From a virus (Duplodnaviria > Caudoviricetes): a stretch of 55,694 nt of DNA. The stretch is from the IMG/VR virus record IMGVR_UViG_3300035683_000205, positions 1 to 55,694 of that record, one strand, 5' to 3'. Of the stretch, positions 1 through 6,838 are shown piece by piece (the first letter of the stretch is position 1; each line of letters opens with the position of its first letter). The notes under the pieces are model-generated. The model searched no databases. It was given only the letters and a program-made list of their open reading frames with translations, and was not told the DNA's origin. The position numbers and the translations under genes are program-made.

Positions 1-1233
1 TCACGCCTCGCGCCTCGCCGGCACGGGCGGGGCCGGCGGCGGGTCCACCAAGTCGCGCAGGTGCTCCCGCGCCAGGTGGGTGTAGCCCATGGTGGTGCTC
101 AGGCTGGAATGGCCGTGCATCTCCTTCACCTTTACGACATCCTTGCCCTGCGCAAGGAGCGTCGTGACGCTGCGGTGCCGCAGGTCGTGCTGGTGTAGCT
201 CGTCGGGGAGCCCCGCGCGCGCCGCGGCCGACTTGAAGCTGTGGCGTAGGGAGGTGATCCGGTCGCCGCCGGCAGCGTGGCGCCTCGTACGGACGTGGTG
301 GAACACCCACTCCGAGCGGCGGCCGTCGTAGGTGGCCATCCGGAAAGCCGCGAAGTGGTCCCGCATCCTCGCCACCAGCCGGGCCGTCATTGGGACCCAA
401 CGCCCCTTCTTCCCCTTCGTGCGACGGCCGTGCGTCCCATGCTCCACCCGCAAAAACCCCTCTTCAAGGTCCACGTCGGCCCACCGCAGCCACAACGCCT
501 CCGACTCGCACCGCTCGCCCGTCTCGCCCAGCGTGAGGGCGTACAGGTCAAGCATGGGATCGCGGGCGCATTCACGGAGGAGGGCTTCGTACTGATCGTT
601 CGTGAGGATCACCGGCGGCCGGTCGTCCGGCTTCGGCGTCTTCACCTGGTGGACCGGGTTCGACTCGCGCAGCTCGAGTTCCACGGCGTACTCGAAGGCG
701 GCGCGGATCGTCGCCCGCTCCTTCTGCACCGTGCGCTTGCTGGCCTTGCCGCGCTGGCCCCCGTCGGCCGCCGGGCGGAACTGCTGCTTTGCCCGCCAGT
801 TCAGGAATTCCCGAATGTGAGGCTTCCGCACCTCGTCTATCTGGATGCCCGGGTAGCGCCGGTCGAAGAACTGCCGCGCGCGGGCCAGGATCGCGCTGTA
901 GCTGGCCTGGGTGCTGGGGGCGAGGTCCGGCACCTTGTCCAGCTCGTACTTGTCGAAGAAGCCGGCGGGGACGGGATCCTTCCCGCGGGGCGCGGCGGCG
1001 CGGCAGGCGGCGGCGCCGATCCCCGTCAGGGGGAGCAGGTCCGGCAGGCCCAGCTTCCGCCGCCTCGCCTGGTCAACCAGCTGCGCGTGCTTCGTCTTCG
1101 CGAACCCCTCCACCTCGCGGCGGCTCACGCCGGGAAGCGTGAAGGTGTGGCGCACGCGGTCCACCTTGAGGATCAGCCGGTAGGAGTCGCCGCGTTTCTC
1201 GATAGTGCCGGGGTACTTCTTCGTCGCTGCCAT
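1..1233 (-). CDS. int: Tyrosine recombinase / phage integrase
   Basis: Catalytic signature TGER..EAL, TK, HDLRH, HGHSSLSTTMGY; short N-terminal arm-binding-like domain. Confidence 0.95.
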   Translation of the reverse strand: MAATKKYPGTIEKRGDSYRLILKVDRVRHTFTLPGVSRREVEGFAKTKHAQLVDQARRRKLGLPDLLPLTGIGAAACRAAAPRGKDPVPAGFFDKYELDKVPDLAPSTQASYSAILARARQFFDRRYPGIQIDEVRKPHIREFLNWRAKQQFRPAADGGQRGKASKRTVQKERATIRAAFEYAVELELRESNPVHQVKTPKPDDRPPVILTNDQYEALLRECARDPMLDLYALTLGETGERCESEALWLRWADVDLEEGFLRVEHGTHGRRTKGKKGRWVPMTARLVARMRDHFAAFRMATYDGRRSEWVFHHVRTRRHAAGGDRITSLRHSFKSAAARAGLPDELHQHDLRHRSVTTLLAQGKDVVKVKEMHGHSSLSTTMGYTHLAREHLRDLVDPPPAPPVPARREA

Positions 1234-1329
1234 TAGCGATTGGCGTGTGTCTACTTCCGACTTGTTGGTGTAAGATACAGTGCGTACCTTTTCGGCCTCG
1301 CCTTCTCAACAACTCACCTGGAGACACCC

Positions 1330-1554
1330 ATGTCCACACTCCGCAAGGCCCTGCTCGTGCTCGCGCTCATCGCCCCGCTCGGCGTGGCCGCCTGCCTCGA
1401 TTCCAACCACGTGACCGCGCCCGCCGACCCGCAGGCCGCCATCGCCCAGGACACCACCCAGGCGCCACCGCCGAGCACCACGTCGGACCCCACCTGCCTC
1501 TGCGGGATCGGGATGCAGGGCTCCGGCGGCCGGATCGAGTGCACCTGCCAGTAG
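1330..1554 (+). CDS. Small exported (lipo)peptide, 74 aa, candidate signalling propeptide
   Basis: GGAG SD before ATG 1330; signal MSTLRKALLVLALIAPLGVAAC with lipobox VAAC; Pro/Thr linker; C-terminal CLCGIGMQGSGGRIECTCQ. Confidence 0.75.
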   Translation: MSTLRKALLVLALIAPLGVAACLDSNHVTAPADPQAAIAQDTTQAPPPSTTSDPTCLCGIGMQGSGGRIECTCQ

Positions 1555-1575
1555 ACCCTGGCCAGCAGGACACCG

Positions 1576-1604
1576 GCGGGGCCCCTCGTCGGGGGCCCCG
1601 CTTT
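1576..1604 (+). terminator. Intrinsic terminator between the convergent peptide and TPR genes
   Basis: Stem GCGGGGCCCC (1576-1585) / GGGGCCCCGC (1592-1601) followed by TTT. Confidence 0.7.
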
Positions 1605-1605
1605 G

Positions 1606-3000
1606 CTATGCGGCGCGCTCGGTCAAGAGCGCCTCCACCAGCTGCCCGGCGAGGTCCGAGTCTGGGGCCCACAGAACGGGCTCCAGTTCAGGCGCGCAGG
1701 GCATCGCGCCTTCACGCCGCGCCACCTGCTCCATCAGGTCGCCCGCCGCACGGAACACCCGCATCGCACCCATCTGGCGGGACCTCGCGCGTGAGAGGGC
1801 AAGCGCACGCTCGGCGTGCGCCCACTCCCCCAGCGTGACGGCGCCCTGCGCGAGGGCGTAGAGCCCGTCCGCCACCCGGAACCCGTCAACCTCTTTAGAC
1901 GTCGCCATCTCTACGGCCTCTGCGTATACCTCCAGGAACCGCTCCCGGAGCCCGGCACCAGCCGCGGCACGAGCGAGGCCGCCAAGCAGCAGCAGGCGGT
2001 TCACCGAGCGGCAATTCGCCTTGACCAGCGCTTCCAGCACCGGCAGAGCGTCGCCGTACTGCTGCTGATCGAGCTTGAGGTCGGCCCAGTCGGCGGCGAG
2101 ACGGGGTAGGCGCTCCCGGGACACCCGGTACGCGGCCAGCGCCCGCTCGAAATGAGTTCGGATCTTTCCGCAATCCTTCGCCAGCGCTGCCAGGGCGAAC
2201 AGGTCGTGGCAGGCCATCCCCTCCAACTCGGGCAGGCCCGCGCTCCTCGCCAGGTCCGCGGCGTCCAGAAAGCAACCCTCCGCCCCCGCCGGGTCGCCGC
2301 GTTGCACGAGTACGTTGCCGGTGCCGATGATCGACAGCGCCAGCGTCGCCGTATCGCTTCCTGCCCGGGCCAGCGAGGCTGCACGGCCGTATAGACGCAT
2401 CGCCTGTTCTCCGTCGCTGAGGCGCGCGCGCCGCGCCAGCATCAGCATCGCGGGTCCGCCGCTGTGGCGGATGACATCCGCCTGCTCCCGGTCTAGAGCC
2501 GGCCCCGCCAGGCGAAGCACCACCGAGCGCGCAACATCCAACAGCGAGGGCCCAACCGTTCGGCACACCTCGGGTAGGACAGCGTCCAGCTCGCAGAACA
2601 CCGACAGGAGAAACGCTTCGCCGCCCGCAGCCCAGCTCGCCGCGTCGCATATCCCCACCAGCGCCAGCGCGCGCCGCAGCTGCTGCCGCTGCCCCCGTGT
2701 GAGAGCTTCCGCGCGTGACCCCATCAGCACCTCCCCACCCTCCACCCCGATGTCGAAGTGCGCGCCCACCGTTCCCGGAGCGGCCTGCAGTCTGATAGTA
2801 TCCGAGAAACACACCCGGATGTCCGGAAGAGGGCGGCTATCGTGGCACGCTGAAAGCCCGAAGGCTTCCAGGAACGGGTGGACGGCGGGCAGCGGCTTCA
2901 CCCCATACGGGAAGGCCGTGCGCGCCTGCGCCTCTTCAGCGAGGTCTAGCGCCAGCTCGGCGAGCAACAGCATTCGACGTGATCTCCGGTTCGGGGGCAC
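1606..3000 (-). CDS. TPR-repeat protein, candidate peptide receptor (start GTG 3000 or ATG 2973)
   Basis: Tandem helical repeats with TPR spacing (GTGNVLVQRGDPAGAEGCFLDAADLA; LYALAQGAVTLGEWAHAERAL); overlaps the 3' end of the repressor gene. Confidence 0.8.
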   Translation of the reverse strand: MPPNRRSRRMLLLAELALDLAEEAQARTAFPYGVKPLPAVHPFLEAFGLSACHDSRPLPDIRVCFSDTIRLQAAPGTVGAHFDIGVEGGEVLMGSRAEALTRGQRQQLRRALALVGICDAASWAAGGEAFLLSVFCELDAVLPEVCRTVGPSLLDVARSVVLRLAGPALDREQADVIRHSGGPAMLMLARRARLSDGEQAMRLYGRAASLARAGSDTATLALSIIGTGNVLVQRGDPAGAEGCFLDAADLARSAGLPELEGMACHDLFALAALAKDCGKIRTHFERALAAYRVSRERLPRLAADWADLKLDQQQYGDALPVLEALVKANCRSVNRLLLLGGLARAAAGAGLRERFLEVYAEAVEMATSKEVDGFRVADGLYALAQGAVTLGEWAHAERALALSRARSRQMGAMRVFRAAGDLMEQVARREGAMPCAPELEPVLWAPDSDLAGQLVEALLTERAA

Positions 3001-3469
3001 TCAGGTGAGACTCAAGGAGGGAGGCTTGCCAGCGAAGCAGACGGGCCATTTCCGCAGGATCGCGTGCGGGTAGGCCATCATCCTTAGCAGCCTGAACGAT
3101 CTTCTCAGCGATCTCGCTTTCGGTAAGGCCGGGTCCAAGCAGGTGGAACACACCGAGCTTCCAGAAGCGCTTGAAGGACCGGATCAGCTCTTCGGCCTCG
3201 GAGAAGGGCAGGTCTTCGAATGACGATAGATCGCCATCATCGGTTTCCGGCGGGAGCAACCCCCGCCGCTCAAGATACGCCAGGATGATCGCTCGCGTGT
3301 CCGTCTGCATGTACTTCCACGTGTTGTTTCGGAAGCTGCGGATCGCCTCGAAGTTCACGCCGGACCTGCGCACCGCCTCCCGGACGCTCAAGTCTTTAGT
3401 CGCATCCAGGTAGGCGCGCACGAGCGCCTCGTCTCGCCTGTTACGCCCTTGAACGGGCTGTTCGGTCAT
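2936..3469 (-). CDS. CI-like repressor with N-terminal XRE-type HTH
   Basis: LSVREAVRRSGVNFEAIRSFRNN is HTH-like; divergent from a small HTH gene across an AT-rich repeat-laden spacer. Confidence 0.65.
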   Translation of the reverse strand: MTEQPVQGRNRRDEALVRAYLDATKDLSVREAVRRSGVNFEAIRSFRNNTWKYMQTDTRAIILAYLERRGLLPPETDDGDLSSFEDLPFSEAEELIRSFKRFWKLGVFHLLGPGLTESEIAEKIVQAAKDDGLPARDPAEMARLLRWQASLLESHLSAPEPEITSNAVARRAGARPR

Positions 3470-3497
3470 GGCCTTTCGCGTCGTGAGAAGAAGGGTC

Positions 3498-3563
3498 TTG
3501 ACACGGAGTCTTGTTTTGGTCAGTTTAGGTCAGCGACCTAAATTCACCCAAAGAAACCAAAAC
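3498..3563. promoter_or_regulatory. Genetic switch: rightward promoter and operator repeats
   Basis: TTGACA 3498-3503, 17 bp, CAGTTT 3521-3526; inverted repeat TTTAGGTC/GACCTAAA; five phased 10-bp repeats. Confidence 0.7.
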
Positions 3564-3573
3564 GATAACGATT

Positions 3574-3825
3574 ATGGCGGGTGACTCTTCGGCACGCAAG
3601 GTTTCTGTTGAGACGGAAGATGATCTGGACGAGATGCTCGGTCACGAGGACGCGGCGAGGCTGATCGGGCGGACGCCCAACACGCTCTACGGATACTGCC
3701 ACGAGGGCCGGATCCGGAGGACCCGCGACGGGCGGAAGAGCCTGTACCGGAGGGGCGACCTGATGGAGCTGGCCGCATCACTCCGACAGGAGATTCCCGC
3801 GTCCGACCTGACCAAAAGCGACTAG
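3574..3825 (+). CDS. Cro/excisionase-like winged-HTH protein
   Basis: LGHEDAARLIGRTPNTLYGYCHEGRI..RDGRKSLYRRGDL fits the HTH_17/Xis pattern; first gene of the early operon. Confidence 0.85.
   Translation: MAGDSSARKVSVETEDDLDEMLGHEDAARLIGRTPNTLYGYCHEGRIRRTRDGRKSLYRRGDLMELAASLRQEIPASDLTKSD
3808..3822 (+). repeat. Dispersed motif CTGACCAAAAGCGAC, copy 1
   Basis: Exact 15-mer also at 17527 and 25874. Confidence 0.85.
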
Positions 3826-3844
3826 TACCGGACCGGAAAAGACA

Positions 3845-3887
3845 AAGCCCCGTCCGCAGATCCCTGGCAGGAGGGCGGACGGGGCTT
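3845..3887. terminator. 13-bp hairpin after the cro/xis gene
   Basis: AAGCCCCGTCCGC / GCGGACGGGGCTT with an A-rich left flank. Confidence 0.55.
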
Positions 3888-3917
3888 CGGGCCCGGACGA
3901 TCCGGGAGGAACGCCAC

Positions 3918-4460
3918 ATGGGTGGAACAATGGTAAAGGAAGAAGGCACGGGAATCAACGGCGGGCCGCCGATCAACGGGGCGGCGGCGCTGGACGCGAT
4001 GGAGGAGGGGCTGCTGGGCCCCGACGCCATGGCGCTGTTGGAGGAGGGGCGCGCAGCGGTGATGGAGAGCGCCGACCCCGCGCACCTCGCGCGATTGGCG
4101 CTTCGGGTCTTCGAGGTGTTCCTCCAGGCTCGGCTGATCCACGCTTCCCTGGAGGGGAGCCGGGTGATGTTCCGAAACCAGATCCGGGACATGCACCTGC
4201 CGGAGAACGGCGGGAAGGCGAAGAACAAGGAGCACGCGGAGAAGCTGGCCCGCGAGACTCAGGCGTACGCGGAGTACGTCGCGCAGACGGACGACGCCGA
4301 GCGGATCAAGGATTTCGCCTGGGCGCTCCACGACGCCCTGCGCCTTTGCGCGTGCGCCGCGCTCCGCCCGGAGCTGGTCCAGCCGGCTGGACCCCGCCCG
4401 TACCGCTCGGCGGGCCACACCATGCAGGGCGCAGCGGAGCGCGGCGGGAGGGGCACGTGA
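3918..4460 (+). CDS. Hypothetical protein
   Basis: GGAGG SD, GC-biased codons, coupled to the next gene. Confidence 0.7.
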   Translation: MGGTMVKEEGTGINGGPPINGAAALDAMEEGLLGPDAMALLEEGRAAVMESADPAHLARLALRVFEVFLQARLIHASLEGSRVMFRNQIRDMHLPENGGKAKNKEHAEKLARETQAYAEYVAQTDDAERIKDFAWALHDALRLCACAALRPELVQPAGPRPYRSAGHTMQGAAERGGRGT

Positions 4461-4753
4461 GCGCCGCCGCCTGGGCCCACGCCTGTCGGGAGGCGGGGCT
4501 GGAGCCCGGTGCGCCGGTGTCACTCCCCTTCACCGCGACGGTCCCCGGCACCGGCCCCAACCCGTTGCGGGTGGAGATCAGCCTCCGCGGCGACGGCGAG
4601 TCGGTCAAGGTGCTGCACCTGGGGGTGCCGGGCGTCTCCGCCCGCCTGTGCCGGGGCGCAGCTGTGCCTGCCCAGGTCACCTCCATCCTCCGGGAGCACT
4701 TCGCCGCGCAGCTCGGCGGGGGTGCCGCCGCGCCGGCCGGGAGGGGCTGGTGA
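4457..4753 (+). CDS. Hypothetical protein
   Basis: GTGA overlaps at both ends. Confidence 0.55.
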   Translation: MSAAAWAHACREAGLEPGAPVSLPFTATVPGTGPNPLRVEISLRGDGESVKVLHLGVPGVSARLCRGAAVPAQVTSILREHFAAQLGGGAAAPAGRGW

Positions 4754-5307
4754 GCGTGCCGGCCGGGGGCGCGGGCGCCCTCCGTGTGCGCGAGGTGCCG
4801 TCAGCGGAGTTCGCGGAGCGTTCCGGGGGACCGCTCGCCCAGCTCCGCGCCCACCTGTCCCCGAACGGGTACGTGGTGGACACCATCGCCGCCTCTGTCG
4901 GCGATCCGGCAGAGGTCGCCCGGGAGATCCTGCGCAAGTTCGGGCCGATGGGGACGGACCTCGAGGTGTGGGGCACCACCCCTCCGGAGCACTGGTCGTT
5001 TCACCTCGCCGGCGTGATCGGCGACTTCTTCCACCCGCGGCGGGAAGCTCTCGCCCGCTTCGACGCCCGCCTGTTCCGCACCTTCCTGACCCGGCGCATC
5101 CGGGGGTGCACCGCGTCGCTGTCGGTCGAAGGAAGCGACGCTGACCTGGCCGACATCATCCGGATCCCGCCGGCGCTGAACCTGGCCGCCGGGCGGGCTC
5201 TCGCGTCTCACCTTCGCCAGATGGACGCCGTCGGGGACGCCGCAGCCGCAGAGGCGGTGCGCCTGCTGGCGGCGTACCTGGGCGCGCCGGTCCCCGACGA
5301 CGCATGA
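4750..5307 (+). CDS. Hypothetical protein
   Basis: GTGA/ATGA coupling; protein-like composition. Confidence 0.6.
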   Translation: MSVPAGGAGALRVREVPSAEFAERSGGPLAQLRAHLSPNGYVVDTIAASVGDPAEVAREILRKFGPMGTDLEVWGTTPPEHWSFHLAGVIGDFFHPRREALARFDARLFRTFLTRRIRGCTASLSVEGSDADLADIIRIPPALNLAAGRALASHLRQMDAVGDAAAAEAVRLLAAYLGAPVPDDA

Positions 5308-5735
5308 ACTTGCACTCCCTCGCCGCCACCCTGCGCCAGGTGCCGGCCGAAGCTCTGTTCCCGGCCGGCTGGATCCGGGAGCACCTGGAGGACGGCGACG
5401 CCGCGACGGAAGTAGCGCCGCCCTCAACCTGCGAGCCGGAGCCGACCTGGCGAGAGCGGCTTTGGACCGCGCCGGCGGAAACTCGCCTGGGCGTGGCCGA
5501 GCTGATGGAAGCGCTCGGCGTCTCCAGGGATTGGGTCTACGGCCACACCAGTCCGAAGCGCACCCGTGACACGGCCGCGCACCTCCGGCTCCCGCACCGG
5601 AAGCTGGACGGCGCGTTGTGGTTCCTGGCGGGCGAGGTGCGCGAGTGGATCCGCGCCACGGAGCAGGTCGTTGTGCGGGGCCGCGCCGAGGACTCGCGCG
5701 CGCAGCTGCGCGTCTCGCGTGGGGGCGTCCGCTGA
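5304..5735 (+). CDS. AlpA/Xis-like HTH DNA-binding protein
   Basis: LGVAELMEALGVSRDWVY...LPHRKLDGALWFLAGEVREWI. Confidence 0.75.
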   Translation: MNLHSLAATLRQVPAEALFPAGWIREHLEDGDAATEVAPPSTCEPEPTWRERLWTAPAETRLGVAELMEALGVSRDWVYGHTSPKRTRDTAAHLRLPHRKLDGALWFLAGEVREWIRATEQVVVRGRAEDSRAQLRVSRGGVR

Positions 5736-6049
5736 TGGACACGGCGGCGGTCCGGCGGTCGCTCCGCGGCCTCGGCTTCGAGATCGTCGGTGACCAGCCC
5801 GACGCGGTCGGGGCCATGCTCACCGTCCAGCACTCCGCCGGGCGCGACGCCGAGATCCGGGGGACGGCCGTCTCCCACCCGCTCCGCCGTGGAGTGCTGG
5901 TGTGGCTCGTGTCGCTCCACACCCCGGTCCGCGCCGACAGCGTCCCAGTCGTAGCCGTGGAGGTGACCACGGATGATGAGCGCTTCCTGTCCGAGGTGCT
6001 CCGCTCTACCTGCCGCGCTGCCGAGCGGCGCGCCTACGACCTGTCTTAG
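5735..6049 (+). CDS. Hypothetical protein
   Basis: TGATG overlap with the upstream gene. Confidence 0.55.
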   Translation: MDTAAVRRSLRGLGFEIVGDQPDAVGAMLTVQHSAGRDAEIRGTAVSHPLRRGVLVWLVSLHTPVRADSVPVVAVEVTTDDERFLSEVLRSTCRAAERRAYDLS

Positions 6050-6105
6050 TTCTCCACCACCCCGGCGTACGCCGGGGCCACTTCTCACACGTAACGGAGT
6101 CACCG

Positions 6106-6837
6106 ATGCCCCCTTCTGCCCTGCTCCCCGGCGTCAACCTGGACGAGATCTCGCTCGACAAGGGCGCACACAGCTCGCCCGAGGCCGGCATGTGCCTCCT
6201 GGAAGCGGTCGCCTTCGTAACCGGCTCACCCTTCGACGATCATCCAGAGTGCGTATCGCCGGTGATCGGCGCCTTCGGGCGGAGCTGGAACGACGCGCTC
6301 GCCGAGGAAGACCGCAACCGGCTGTTGAAGCCGCTCATCCCCCGGCTGGTCGGCACGGCCACCGGCCGCGCCGACGAAGAGACCCGGGCGTGGATGGTTA
6401 CCGACTGGCTTGCGCGCGTTAACACCCCCGCCTTCCTCCGCCTGGCAGGGCTGGAGGAGCACGCGCGGGCTCTGGAGTCGCTCGCGCGGATCGTTGATGC
6501 CTCGACCGCTCGCGCGGCGCAGCCGCGCATCGACGCCGCCAGGGCCGCCGCCTGGGACGCCGCCAGGGCCGCCGCCAGGGCGGCGGCCAGGGACGCCGCC
6601 TGGGACGCCGCCTGGGACGCCGCCTGGGACGCCGCCAGGGACGCCGCCAGGGCCGCGGCCAGGGCCGCCGCCTGGGACGCCGCCTGGGACGCGGCCAGGG
6701 CCGCCGCCTGGGACGCGGCCAGGGCCGCCGCCTGGGACGCCCTGCAGCCCACGGTGCAGGCGCTCCAAGATAGCGCGGCGCAGCTGCTCGCGGCGATGTG
6801 CGACGTCGGCAGGACCACCCCGACCCTGGAGGTCTGA
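6106..6837 (+). CDS. Phage protein with AA[RW][AD] tetrapeptide repeats
   Basis: N-terminal GAH..MCLLEAVA..D.HPECVSPVI...WND domain followed by 17 tandem repeats. Confidence 0.8.
   Translation: MPPSALLPGVNLDEISLDKGAHSSPEAGMCLLEAVAFVTGSPFDDHPECVSPVIGAFGRSWNDALAEEDRNRLLKPLIPRLVGTATGRADEETRAWMVTDWLARVNTPAFLRLAGLEEHARALESLARIVDASTARAAQPRIDAARAAAWDAARAAARAAARDAAWDAAWDAAWDAARDAARAAARAAAWDAAWDAARAAAWDAARAAAWDALQPTVQALQDSAAQLLAAMCDVGRTTPTLEV
6535..6738 (+). repeat. 17 x 12-bp coding tandem repeat GCSGCC(A/T)GGG(A/C)S
   Basis: Counted directly from the sequence. Confidence 0.9.
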
Positions 6838-6838
6838 G

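Noticed and set aside
1240-1329. Longer 104-aa version of the peptide ORF
   Set aside because: The SD and signal peptide both point to ATG 1330; the extension is promoter-like DNA.
1606-3000. Calling the TPR gene aimR or rap
   Set aside because: Only the architecture is analogous; no orthology can be shown without a search, and the gene layout and lipobox differ.
6535-6738. Possible CRISPR array
   Set aside because: Contiguous in-frame 12-bp units with no spacers and no cas genes.
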